Shown here in pieces: positions 1 to 11,294 of a DNA stretch of 32,000 nucleotides. The DNA is taken from assembly GCA_036689225.1 (NCBI GenBank), contig CP144768.1, forward strand, positions 127,311 to 159,310, read 5' to 3'. How positions within the stretch are numbered: position 1 is the stretch's first letter; each line of letters opens with the position of its first letter. A program made the translations under genes and the position numbers. Below the pieces are notes generated by a model. It saw nothing but the letters and a program-made list of their open reading frames with translations. It made no database searches and was not told the origin of the DNA. Source of the DNA: Candidatus Saccharimonadota bacterium (GTDB taxonomy: Bacteria > Pseudomonadota > Gammaproteobacteria > Enterobacterales > Enterobacteriaceae).

Positions 1-136
1 CAAATTGAATAATATAAAATAAAATTTAACAAATTGAATAATATAAAATAAAATTTAACAAATTGAATAATATAAAATAAAATTTAACAAATTGAATAAT
101 ATAAAATAAAATTTAACAAATTGAATAATATAAAAT
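1..136. repeat. Perfect 29-bp tandem repeat, unit caaattgaataatataaaataaaatttaa, with 4 full copies plus a 20-nt partial copy. The array may continue upstream of the window.
   Basis: Units start at 1, 30, 59, 88 and 117. Copies 1-4 are identical base for base. The fifth copy diverges at position 137. Confidence 0.95.
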
Positions 137-140
137 TTTT

Positions 141-205
141 AAAAAAAAAATGTACTAAATGAATTATTTAATATATAAAATATATTTAAATAATTCAATA
201 GTACA
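141..205 (-). terminator. Intrinsic terminator downstream of cspE
   Basis: The arms tgtactaaatgaattatttaa (151-171) and ttaaataattcaatagtaca (186-205) pair as 7 bp plus 11 bp around a small internal bulge. On the minus strand the hairpin is followed directly by T10 (A10 at 141-150 on plus). It lies about 50 nt after the cspE stop. Confidence 0.6.
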
Positions 206-256
206 AATTTTAACCAATTAAATAATAATAAAACAAAATTATTACAATACCAGATA

Positions 257-469
257 TTATAAAGGAACAACATTAGTTGCTGATGGACCTTTAGCACCAT
301 CTGTTATTTCAAATTCAACAGACTGACCTTCTGTTAAAGTTTTAAAACCACTACTTTGAATAGCAGAAAAATGTACAAAAACATCTTTATCACTATTTTC
401 AGGAGTAATAAATCCAAAACCTTTAGATTCATTAAACCATTTTACACTACCTTTTACTCTTGTTGACAT
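257..469 (-). CDS. cspE: Cold-shock protein, CspE/CspC family (70 aa)
   Basis: The sequence [60 protein letters not shown] is near-colinear with E. coli CspE and carries the RNP1/RNP2 motifs. G+C is clearly higher than in the flanks. Confidence 0.95.
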   Translation of the reverse strand: MSTRVKGSVKWFNESKGFGFITPENSDKDVFVHFSAIQSSGFKTLTEGQSVEFEITDGAKGPSATNVVPL

Positions 470-553
470 TAATATTACCTTTTAAATAAAATATAATCTA
501 ATAAATATTAACATAAATAAAAAATATTTCAAGTAAAATTATTAAATAAATAA

Positions 554-1027
554 TTAAATCTTATATAAATAATTATAATGTGCATTAGCTAATGCTAATG
601 CATCAGTAATATTAAAATTATATATTCTATTTATATTAAATTTTTTACATATAAATTTACTAATATATTTCTTATTAACATTACCATTAAAAGTTATAGA
701 TTTTCTAATTTTTTTAATATTATATTCAAAAAAATTTATATTATTTAATAAAGCAATAGATATAACTATTCCAGACAATTTACTAAGTTTAATTAAAACA
801 TCATAATTTTTAAAATAAAAAAATTTTTCTATAACTAAATAATTAGGTTTATAATTTATACAAATTTTTAATATATTAATATACATATCATATAATCTAT
901 CATTAAAATTTATAAATTTACTATTAATACAACCACTATTAAAATATTTAAGTTTATTATTAAATACATCTAAAATACCATATCCAGTACAATATGTACC
1001 TAAATCAATACCTATAATTCTTTTCAC
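554..1027 (-). CDS. ruvC: Holliday junction resolvase RuvC (157 aa)
   Basis: The N-terminus MKRIIGIDLGTYCTGYGIL matches the RuvC catalytic N-terminal motif (IxGIDPGxxxTGYG). The length fits, and it sits beside aspS as in enterobacteria. Confidence 0.8.
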   Translation of the reverse strand: MKRIIGIDLGTYCTGYGILDVFNNKLKYFNSGCINSKFINFNDRLYDMYINILKICINYKPNYLVIEKFFYFKNYDVLIKLSKLSGIVISIALLNNINFFEYNIKKIRKSITFNGNVNKKYISKFICKKFNINRIYNFNITDALALANAHYNYLYKI

Positions 1028-1044
1028 AAATAAAATCCAAAATT

Positions 1045-2700
1045 TTAATCAGGTGAACCAGTTAATAAACAAGTACCAGAAGTAGTTTTAGGAAAAGCAA
1101 TAACATCTTTTATACTTTTAACATTAGCTAATAACATAATTAATCTATCTAAACCTAAAGCTATACCTAAATGAGGAGGAGCACCATATTTTAATGAATT
1201 TAAAAAAAAATTATATCTTTCTTTAATACCTAATATATTAAATATTTCCTTTTGTAAATCATAATTATGTATTCTTTGAGAACCACTACCTATTTCATAA
1301 CCATTAATAACTAAATCATAAGAATTAGCTAATAATAAATTATAATTATTTATAGATTTTAATTTAGATAAATTAATATTTAATGGCATAGTAAACGGAT
1401 GATGATAAGCATTAATTTTATTATATTTATCATAATAAAACATAGGAAAATTAATTATTCAAATAGGATAAAATCCTTTTTTAAATAAATTAAAAAAATT
1501 ACAATAATAATTTCTTATTTCAACTAAAAAATTTAAATCTAAATAATTATCTAATAAAATTATAGAAATAAAAGTATTTACAGATACATTTAAATATAAA
1601 AGAATATTATTAATACAAAATTTATCAATATTTAATTTACCAAAAATTTTATATTTAAAATTTTTATTTTTTATATTATAAACATAAATACAAAAATATT
1701 TATTTATTTTTTTTATTTTAAAAAAATTAAATATTAAATCTATTTTTGATATATCAAAAACATTATTAATTATAATAGTTTTTATATTATCTATTTTATA
1801 ATTTTTAAATAAATTTTTTAATAAAAACAAAGAAAAATTAAAATTATATTCTACAATATTACGTAAATCAGGTTTATCAGTACCATAAATATTAATTGAA
1901 TCTATATAATTTATTTTTTTAAAAAAACTATTAATTTTATAATTTTTAAATTTTAATCATATATTAAAAATTAATTTATTTATTAAATTATATAAAACAT
2001 CAAAATCAACAAAAGACATTTCTATATCTAATTGAGTAAACTCAGGTTGTCTATCAGAACGTAAATTTTCATCTCTAAAACATTTAACAATTTGATAATA
2101 TTTATTAATACCAGAAATCATTAATAATTGTTTAAATATTTGAGGAGATTGAGGTAAAGAATAAAATTTATCATTATATATTCTACTAATAATTTTATAA
2201 CTATTTGCTCCTTCAGGAAAAGATTTAGATAAAAAAGGAGTTTCTATTTCAATAAAATTATTTTTAATAAAATAACTATTAATAAAAAATTTAATATTAG
2301 ATTTTAATTTTATTATTTTTAACATATCATTTCTTCTTAAATCTAAATAACGATATTTTAATCTAATATTTTCAGAATTATTATTATTATATATATCCAA
2401 AGGTAAAGATATAGAATAATTTAATATATTTATATTATAAGCTAAAACTTCAAAATCATTAGAATTAATTTTATTTTTTAAAATACCAAATACCTGTATA
2501 CAAGACTCATTATTTAATAACAAAATATCATTTCATAAATGAGTTATATTTTTTTTACATAATACTTGTATATTTCCACTTATATCTCTAAAATTTATAA
2601 ATATTATATTTTTAAATATCCTTATATTATTAACTCATCCAAATAAATTAACTTCTTTATTAATATCTTTATTTTCCAAAAAATTACAATAAATATTCAT
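1045..2700 (-). CDS. aspS: Aspartyl-tRNA synthetase (551 aa), spanning several in-frame TGA(Trp) codons
   Basis: Track ORFs 1045-1443, 1459-1830 and 1957-2523 share one frame, and I checked the gaps for TAA/TAG and found none. The N-terminus MNIYCNFL...LFGWVNNIRIF...FINFRDISGNIQV resembles E. coli MRTEYCGQL..LCGWVNRRRDLG..FIDMRDREGIVQV. Also present are YGTDKPDLRN, FRDENLRSDRQPEFTQLD (class II motif 2) and GLDRLIMLL (motif 3). Confidence 0.95.
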
Positions 2701-2810
2701 AATAAATACTCAACTATAAATTATAAAAAATAAAAAATAAATATAATTAATTATAATAAATATTTTATAAATAATAAATAATTAAAAATAAAATAATAAT
2801 ATAATAAAAT

Positions 2811-4523
2811 ATGAATATAAAAAAAATAATAATTAAAGAAATAGATAGTATTTTAAAAAAAAATAATATAATAAAAAAATATAATTATAATATAAAAAAT
2901 AATTATAAATTTAGTGATTATCAAATATATGGAATTATAAATATATCAAATAAAGAAAATATAAATATAAATAAAATAATTAATATATTTAAAAAAAAAA
3001 TAAAAAAATATAAAATATTTAAAAAAATAAATATTATAAAACCAGGAATAATAAATATATTTTTAAAAAAAAAAGAAATAGAAAAAATAATAAATAAAAA
3101 ATCAAAAATTAAAAATTTTGGAATAAAAAAAACAAAAAAAAAAAAAATAATTATAGATTATTCATCACCTAATATATCAAAAGAAATGCATATAGGTCAT
3201 TTAAGATCAACAATATTAGGTGATTGTATATCAAATATATCATCATTTTTAGGAAATAAAATTATAAAAATTAATCATATAGGTGATTGAGGAACTAATT
3301 TTGGAATGATAATAACTTTTATTAAAGAAAATAAAATAAAATTAAAAAATATTAATATAAAAAAAATAGAAAAAATATATAAAAAATCACAAAATATTTT
3401 TATTAAAAATAAAAAATTTGCAAAAAAATGTAGATTAAATACATTAAAATTACAAAAAAAAAATAAATATAATATTAATATATGAAAAAAAATTACCAAT
3501 ATAAGTATATTGGAAAATCAAAAAATATATAAAAAATTAAATGTAAAATTAAATAAAAAAAATATATTTGGAGAAAGTTATTATAAAAATAAAATAAAAT
3601 ATATAATAAAAGATTTAATAAAAAAAAAAATAGCAATAAAAGAAAAAAAAACAATTATTATAAAAAATAAAAAAAATAAATATAATATAATAATTCAAAA
3701 AAAAGATGGAGCATATTTATATAGTACTATAGATATAGCATGTATAAAATATAGATATGAAAAATATAAAATTAATAAAATAATATATTTAACAGATATT
3801 AGACAAAAAGAATATATGGAAAATATATTTTCAATAGTTAAAAAAGCAAAATATTTACCAAAAAAAATTAAATTAATACATTATTTTTTTGGAAATATAT
3901 TAAATAAAAATGGTAAACCATTTAAAACAAGAAAAGGAAATAATATAAAATTAAAAAAAATAATTAAAAAAACTATAAAATATACAAAAAATAAAATTAT
4001 TAAAAAATATAAAAATAAAAAAATTAATAAACAAAAAATATATAGAATATCAAAAAAAATAGCTATAGGAGCTATAAAATATATGGATTTATCAAAAAAA
4101 AGAACAAAAAATTATATATTTAATTTAAAAAAAATATTATTATTTAATAATAACACTGGACCATATATACAATATGCTTATGCAAGAATAATATCATTAT
4201 TAAAAAAAAATAATACTAATATAACTAAATGTATAAAAAACAAATTTTATATTAAAAATAATTTAGAATTTAAAATATCAAAAAAAATATTAAATTTTGA
4301 AGAAATAATTAAAAAATCATATAAATATGGAATTACACATGAAATATGTAAATATTTATATAATTTAACAATATATTTTTCTAAATTATATGAATCAGAA
4401 AATATAAAAAATATAAAAAATATAAAAAAAAAAAATAGTAGATTAAAATTAATATCAATTATAGGAAAAATAATTAAAATATGTTTAAATATTTTAGGAA
4501 TACCTATATTAAAAAAAATATAA
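2811..4523 (+). CDS. argS: Arginyl-tRNA synthetase (570 aa), with in-frame TGA at 3288 and 3483
   Basis: [21 protein letters not shown] (HIGH motif) is followed by HIGD-TGA-GTNFGM, matching the conserved HxGDWGxQFGM. The C-terminal part [11 protein letters not shown] is typical. Fragments 2811-3290 and 3510-4523 are in the same frame. Confidence 0.95.
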
Positions 4524-4527
4524 TTAA

Positions 4528-5370
4528 TTATTTAATTTTTTGTCCAATAGTAAAACGAAATTTATTATTATAATCTTTATAAGAATAAATATTATAATAA
4601 CCTTTAAAATTAAAAAAAAAATTAATTACATCAATTTGAGTAAAACAATGTTCAATAATTAATCATCCATAATTATATAAATAATCATAAGAATTTAATA
4701 TTATTAATATAATATCTTTAATACCATTATTATTAGAAAATAAACTAATATAAGATTCAAATTTAATATCATTATTAAATTTAAAAAAATATTTATTAAT
4801 ATATGGAGGATTACTAATAATAATATCAAATAGTATTTTTTTTTTTTTAAAATAAGAAAATCAATTACTTTTAATAAAAAAAACATTATTAACATTTAAT
4901 TTTAAAGAATTATATTTAGATAAATTAATACATAATTCATTAATATCAATTCCAAAAACATAAGTTTTTGGACAAAATTTAGCTATAGAAATAGCAATAA
5001 CTCCTGATCCTGTACCTAAATCAAGTATTTTTTTAAAATTATTAATTTTAATTAAATAAATAACATATTCAACCATTAATTCAGTATCTTGCCTAGGTAT
5101 AAAAACATCAAAATATACTTTATATTCTAAAGATAAAAAATAACATTTATTTATTATATAATTAATAGGATATCCTTTTAATCTTTTAATAAATAAAAAA
5201 TTTAAAAATGATAATTCTAAATAATTTAATTTATAAAATTTATTATTTAAAATAATTCATATTATATTTTTATTTAATACATATTTTAATAATAATAAAC
5301 AATCTTCATATATATAATTATTATATATATAATATAATTTTATATTATCTAATCATTTATAAATATACAT
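4528..5370 (-). CDS. prmC: Release-factor glutamine methyltransferase PrmC/HemK (280 aa)
   Basis: Motifs seen are FIPRQDTELMVEY, LDLGTGSGVIAISIA (SAM-binding) and FDIIISNPPYI (NPPY). In-frame TGA codons lie at 4633, 4861, 5257 and 5353. The start lies 2 nt after the prfA stop, as in the enterobacterial prfA-prmC operon. Confidence 0.9.
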
Positions 5371-5372
5371 AT

Positions 5373-6434
5373 TTAATTTTTATAATATTTTTTAATTAAA
5401 GGATTTATTAATAAATTTAAATTTCCATTTAATATATCATTTAAAGAATATAAAGTTAAATTTATACGATGATCAGTAACCCTATTTTGTATAAAATTAT
5501 AAGTACGATTTCTATCACATCTTAAACCAGTTCCTAATAATTTTTTTTTATTATTATATTCTTTTTTATGCCTTTTATTTAATTCTAAATTATGAATTCT
5601 AGCTTTTAAAACTTCTAAAGCTCTAGATTTATTTTTATGTTGAGATCTTTCTTGTTGACATTCAACAACAATACCACTAGGTAAATGAGTTATTCTAACA
5701 GCTGAATCAGTAGTATTTACATGTTGACCACCAGCACCAGATGATCTAAAAGTATCTATTTTAATATCTTCATTACTAATTACAGGTAAATCTTTATAAG
5801 GTATATCTGGTATAACAGCTACAATACAAGTAGAAGTATGAATACGACCTTGAGATTCAGTTTCAGGAATTCTTTGAACTCTATGACCACCTGATTCAAA
5901 TTTTAAATTACCATAAACATTTTTACCTATTATTTTAAATAATATTTCTTTATAGCCATTTGTAGAATTACCTTGAATATTTATTAATTTTATCTTTCAT
6001 TTCATTATTTCTATATATTTTAAATACATCTTAAATAAATCTAACGTAAATAATGAAGCTTCATTACCACCAGTACCTGAATGAATTTCTAAATAAACAT
6101 TTAATATATCTTTTTTATCTTTTTTAAATATTAAAAAATATTTATTTAATTTATTTAAATAATAATTAACTAAATTATTTAATTTATTTATTTCATCTTT
6201 AACTAAAATAGATAATTCTTTATTATTTATCAATAATTTTACATCTTTTAATTCATTTGAATATTTAACTCAATTATTAAAATAATTTTTAATTTTACAT
6301 AATTTTTTATATTCATATATTAAATATAAATTTTTTTTACTATTATAAATAAAATTATTATTATTTAATAATTTATCAATTTCTTTAATTCTCTTATTAA
6401 TATGTAAAATATCAAAATTTTTTTTTTCAATCAT
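5373..6434 (-). CDS. prfA: Peptide chain release factor 1 (353 aa)
   Basis: [11 protein letters not shown] (GGQ) and [13 protein letters not shown] (an RF1-type PxT tripeptide, not the RF2 SPF) are present. [12 protein letters not shown] is also seen. An in-frame TGA occurs at 5997. Confidence 0.95.
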
Positions 6435-6539
6435 AAAACACCAAAATAATAATTAATTTAATATAATTTATTATAAATAATAATATATAATTAAATAAAT
6501 TATATATTAAATAATAAAAATATAATAAAAATTTTAAAA

Positions 6540-7106
6540 ATGTGTATAAAAATAATTATAGGAATAGGAAATTACAATAAAAAATTATTAAATACTAGAC
6601 ATAATATAGGAATATGATTTATTAATAAAATCATAAATAATAAATTTTTAAAACAAATAAAATTTAATAAAATATATAAAATATATATAAATAATAAAAA
6701 AATATATTTATATATACCAAAATCATATATAAATAATGTCGGAATACATATATTAAAAATAAAAAATAAATTAAAAATCAAAAATAAAAATATATTAATT
6801 GTACATGACGAAATAAATCTTAAACCAGGTAAAATAAAAATAAAATTTAATTTAAAAAAAAAAAGTACACACAATGGTATTAAAAATATAATAAAATATA
6901 TAAACAATAAAAATTTTTACCAATTAAGAATAGGTATAGGAAAACCTAAAAATATAAAAAAATTAAAATATTTTATATTAAATATACCATTAAAAAAAGA
7001 AATAAAATTAATATATAAATCAATTATAAAATCAATAAAATATATAAAATTATTAATAAAAAAAAATAATTTTAAATATATACAAAATTTAATAAATTCA
7101 CAATAA
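6540..7106 (+). CDS. pth: Peptidyl-tRNA hydrolase (188 aa)
   Basis: I translated the whole gene codon by codon. MCIKIIIGIGNYNKKLLNTRHNIGI-TGA(W)-FIN, LIVHDEINLKPGKIKIKF...STHNGIKNI and RIGIGKP match the Pth signature regions. Confidence 0.9.
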
Positions 7107-7122
7107 TAATAAAATATAAATA

Positions 7123-8505
7123 ATGGAAAAAATAAGTAATATAAATAAAATAAATAAAAAATATTCAAAACAACCAAAAAATATAATTATTAAAAAAAAT
7201 ATAAAAATAAATGTTGCAGGAAGAATAATATCAAAAAGATTAATGGGAACAAATAATTTTTTAAATATACAAGATATACAAGGAAAAATACAAATATTAA
7301 TTAACAAAAAAATAATAAAAAAAAAATTAATATATAAAATAAAAAAAATAAAAATAGGAGATATTTTATTTATAAAAGGTATATTATTTAAAACAAATAC
7401 TAATGAATTAACAATAAAATCACATTATTTTAAAATATTAATAAAAAATAAAAAATCATTACCAGATAAATTTCATAAATTAAAAAATAAAGAAAAAAAA
7501 ATTAGACAAAGATATTTAGATTTAATAACAAATATAAAAACAAGAAAAACATTTTTATTAAGAATAAAAATTATTAATATAATTAGACAATATTTAAATA
7601 AAAAAAACTTTTTAGAAATAGAAACTCCTATGTTACATAATATACCAGGAGGAGCAAAAGCAAAACCTTTTATTACATATCATAATAAATTAAATAAAAA
7701 TATTTATTTAAGAATAGCACCTGAATTATATTTAAAAAAATTAATAATAGGAGGTTTTACAAAAATATTTGAATTAAATAGAAATTTTAGAAATGAAGGA
7801 TTATCTTATAAACATAATCCAGAATTTACTATGATTGAAATATATAAATCATATTCATCTTATAAATATATGATAAATTTAATACAAAAATTAATATATT
7901 ATATTATTAATAATATTTATAAAAATAAAAATATTTTAATATTTCAAAAAAAAAATATAAAATTCAATATACCTTATAAAATATTAACCTTAAAAAAATC
8001 AATTTATAAATATTCAAATTTATTTAAAAAATTAAAAGACTTAGATAATAAAAAAAAAATAAAAAAAATAGCTAAAAAAATTAATATAAATTTTAATAAA
8101 AATACACCACTAGGAAAAATAATAAATAAAATATTTAAAATAACAACAGAAAAAAAATTAATACAACCAACTTTTATAACAGAATATCCATTAGATATAT
8201 CTCCTCTAGCTAAAAAAAATAAAAATAAAAATGTAGCAGATAGATTTGAATTATTTATAGGAGGATATGAAATAGCAAATGGATTTACAGAATTAAATAA
8301 TTATAAAAAACAAAAAAAAATTTTTAAGGAACAAACAAAAATAAATAATAAAAAAAAATTTTTTTATAATAAAGAATATATTAATGCATTAAAATATGGA
8401 TTACCTCCAACAAGTGGAATAGGAATAGGTATAGATAGATTAGTAATGTTATTAACTAACAATAACTCTATTAAAAATGTTATTTTATTTCCAATGTTAA
8501 AATAA
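7123..8505 (+). CDS. lysS: Lysyl-tRNA synthetase, class II (460 aa)
   Basis: RQRYLDLI, FLEIETPMLH..PGGAKAKPF, FRNEGLSYKHNPEFTMIEIY (motif 2), ADRFELFIGGYEIANGFTELN and GIGIGIDRLVMLLT (motif 3) are all present. Confidence 0.95.
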   Translation: MEKISNINKINKKYSKQPKNIIIKKNIKINVAGRIISKRLMGTNNFLNIQDIQGKIQILINKKIIKKKLIYKIKKIKIGDILFIKGILFKTNTNELTIKSHYFKILIKNKKSLPDKFHKLKNKEKKIRQRYLDLITNIKTRKTFLLRIKIINIIRQYLNKKNFLEIETPMLHNIPGGAKAKPFITYHNKLNKNIYLRIAPELYLKKLIIGGFTKIFELNRNFRNEGLSYKHNPEFTMIEIYKSYSSYKYMINLIQKLIYYIINNIYKNKNILIFQKKNIKFNIPYKILTLKKSIYKYSNLFKKLKDLDNKKKIKKIAKKININFNKNTPLGKIINKIFKITTEKKLIQPTFITEYPLDISPLAKKNKNKNVADRFELFIGGYEIANGFTELNNYKKQKKIFKEQTKINNKKKFFYNKEYINALKYGLPPTSGIGIGIDRLVMLLTNNNSIKNVILFPMLK

Positions 8506-8546
8506 ATAATATAAAAAATTAAATAACATAAATAAATTATATTAAT

Positions 8547-9563
8547 ATGAAAATAAAATGTGGAATAATAGGTTTACCAAATATAGGAAAATCAACTTTA
8601 TTTAATATATTAACAAATAGCAATGTAAAAAATGAAAATTTTCCTTTTTGTACAATAAAATCTAATCATAAAAATATAAAATTATATAATAAAAAATTAT
8701 ATAAAATAGCAAAAATAAATAAAAGCAAAAAAATAACTTTTCCAAAAATAGAATATATAGATATAGCAGGATTAATAAAAGGAGCTCATAAAGGATTAGG
8801 TTTAGGAAATAAATTTTTAGAAGATATTAAAAAAACAAAAATATTATTACATATAATTAGAATATTTAATGATATAAATATAATAAATACTAATAAATAT
8901 ATAAATCCTATAAAAGATATTAAAATAATAAATAATGAAATTATTAAATCTGATATTAAACAATTAAAAAAAAACAAAAAAAAATGTAAAAATATAAATG
9001 AAATAAAAATAATTAATAATTATATAAATAATATAAATAAAAACCATAAAAATATTTTAAATAAAAAAGATAAATTTTTTTTAAAAAAATTAAATTTATT
9101 AACTTTCAAAAAACATATATATATATTAAATATAAATGAAAAAAATAATAAAAAAATAGTAAATAAAACTAAAAAATATTTATTAAAAAAAAAAAAAAAT
9201 AAAAATATTTTAATATTAAATATAAAAAAAATATTTAACAAAAAAAAACATAAACATATAAAAATAAATAATAAAATAATTAAATATATTATAAAATCAT
9301 TAAATTTAATAAATTTTTTTACAACAAATGAAAATGAAACAAAACAATTTTTATTAAAAAAAAAAAATAATATATTAAAAACATCAAAAAAAATACATAA
9401 TGATTTTTTTAAAAAATTTATAAAAGCAAAAATTACTAATTATAAAAATTTTATAAAATATAAAGGATGAAATAATTTAAAAAAAATAGGAAAAATTAAA
9501 ATAAAAGGAAAAAAATATAAAATTAAAAATAATGATATAATTTATTTTTTAATAAAAAAATAA
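8547..9563 (+). CDS. ychF: Ribosome-binding ATPase YchF (338 aa), with in-frame TGA at 9468
   Basis: MKIKCGIIGLPNIGKSTLFNILT...ENFPFCTIKSN matches the YchF P-loop N-terminus. The C-terminal tail continues through TGA to TAA at 9561. The gene is near pth, as in E. coli. Confidence 0.9.
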
Positions 9564-9708
9564 ATTAAAATTTTTAATATTATTAAAATAATATAAAACT
9601 AATATATTATTATATAAATATATATAATATATGTTAATTATAATAATATTTTTAAATATTAAAAAATACATTATAAAATAATGTATTAAAAAATAAAAAT
9701 AATAACTA

Positions 9709-9746
<38 letters not shown>

Positions 9747-10170
9747 GATATATAAATTTTAAAAATTACTAAATTAATAATAAGAAAACAAAAAAAATAT
9801 AATTTTTTAAAATTTATTACTAATAAAAATACAAAAAATATAATAAAAAATATAAAAAATTAATTAAAAAATTAAATATAAATAAAATATTATTTTTTAA
9901 TAAATATATTAAAAAATAATCCTTTTAATATTATAAAAAAATTAATAAATAATATAAAAAATATTAAATATAATATTATATAAAAAATAAATATTCCAAT
10001 ATTATTAAAAATATTAATATCTAGAAAAAAAATATTTTACAATTAATTAATATTGTTATATTAATTTAAAAAAATAGTATAAATTATATAAATAAAAAAG
10101 ATAATATAAAAATTAGTAAAAATAAAAAATATAAAAAATATTAAAAATAAAAAAAAAATATATTAAAATT

Positions 10171-10539
10171 ATGTTAATAAAAATCAATAATATATTAATT
10201 TATGAAAAAATTACTACAAGATGAAATAAAAAACTTAAAATATTTAAAATAATAATAATAAATAATATAATATTAAAAGATAAAACAAAAATAAAATTAT
10301 TAAAACAAGTTTTACCATTAAATATAACATCATATATAATAAATATAAATAAATTTATAAAAATATATAAAAATATAAAATATTTAAATAAAAAAATATC
10401 ATTATTATTTATAAATTCTATAAATAGAATTAAAATCGTAAAAAAAAATATAAATATAAAATCTATTAATATAAATAATATATTTTTTAAAAAAAATACA
10501 AATAACTGATTCTATATAAATAAAATAAAAAAAATATAA
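10171..10539 (+). CDS. Hypothetical protein, 122 codons, visible only under translation table 4 (in-frame TGA at 10222 and 10507)
   Basis: I read it codon by codon as ATG at 10171, no TAA or TAG until 10537, and TAA at 10132 upstream. The product is MLIKINNILIYEKITTRWNKKLKIFKIIIINNIILKDKTKIKLLKQVLPLNITSYIINI...NNWFYINKIKKI. A stop-free run this long is very unlikely by chance in sequence this A-rich. I could not assign a family. Confidence 0.4.
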
Positions 10540-10841
10540 ATTCATTTTATTAATTATATAAAATATATATATAATTAAAAATTCGTAAAATATCAAATAA
10601 TAAAAAAATAGATTTAATAAAAATATTAAATAAAAAAAAAGATTTTATATTTATTTAAAAAAAAACAAAATATATAAATAATATTAATAAAAATAATATT
10701 AATATTTTTAATAAATTATTTAATAAATATAAAATCAATATTAAATCAATTCCAACTATATTATTTATTAATTTATTACACATTAATAAAATTAATATTA
10801 AATAATATAAAAATAGATATTAAAATAAATAATATTCTTAA

Positions 10842-11294
10842 AATAATATTATTAATATAAATAAATATAGAAACTTCTATTTTTCCATATATAACTTTAA
10901 CTTTAATAATATCTACTATAAAATAATCAATAAAATTAAGTATAACTTCATTAATTCTATTATCAGTTATAATAAAAAAATATTAACAATAATTATAAAA
11001 AATATAACTATAGTTTTTTAATATTTTTCTAATAAAATAATAAAAAATTAAAATTTATCTTATATTTCTTATATTTATATTATTATTTTACTATTACAAA
11101 AAATAAAAATTATTTTACTATTATTATTAATAAATACAACAATAAATACAAAATTAATTAAATATATATTAAATTTAATAATATTAATAATTATAGAAAA
11201 ATTAAATATAATAGAAAAAATAATAATAGTAGTAAAATATACAATAATAATTAATATGATAATAACAAAATTTTTAATACCATTTTTAATTTAA
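10842..11294 (+). pseudogene. Possible eroded gene remnant, a 150-codon frame interrupted only by TAA at 11019 and 11049
   Basis: Within this one frame (codon starts at multiples of 3), 10842-11018 is open for 59 codons and 11052-11291 for 80 codons. The second stretch reads NLSYISYIYIIILLLQKIKIILLLLLINTTINTKLIKYILNLIILIIIEKLNIIEKIIIVVKYTIIINMIITKFLIPFLI and is hydrophobic. Identity is unknown. Confidence 0.25.

Noticed and set aside
1-136. The 29-bp direct repeats considered as a CRISPR array.
   Set aside because: The repeats are directly abutting with no spacers, the unit has no palindromic core, and no cas genes are in view. It is a plain tandem repeat.
1045-2700. Fragmented ORFs for aspS, argS, prmC, prfA, gyrA, tyrS, eno, gyrB, GH67 and GH28, which suggest widespread pseudogenisation.
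   Set aside because: All fragments of each gene are in a single frame and are separated only by TGA at conserved Trp positions. Reading TGA as Trp restores full-length proteins. Only trmD needs a true frame change.
3275-3499. Track ORFs on the strand opposite real genes: 3275-3499, 4704-4895, 6572-6907, 6917-7177, 7098-7307, 8786-8977, 9020-9241, 16451-16672 and 30385-30618. Their products are Phe/Ile/Leu-rich and look like membrane proteins.
   Set aside because: They are antisense or out-of-frame shadows of Lys/Asn/Ile-rich genes (argS, prmC, pth, lysS, ychF, tyrS, rpmH), where AAA/AAT/ATA read backwards gives TTT/ATT/TAT. Stops are rare on the T-rich strand, there are no conserved motifs, and each overlaps a well-supported gene.
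9665-9687. A 10-bp perfect hairpin (aatacattat/ataatgtatt) about 100 nt after ychF, considered as the ychF terminator.
   Set aside because: There is no T tract downstream on the plus strand. The U-tract would exist only for a minus-strand transcript, and no gene is there. AT-only palindromes of this size are common in this composition.
10405-10596. A 63-aa minus-strand ORF, the only track ORF inside the 2.8-kb gene-poor region.
   Set aside because: It lies antisense to the longer table-4 plus-strand ORF 10171-10539. The sequence is Phe/Ile/Tyr low-complexity with no motif, so it is most likely a shadow ORF.
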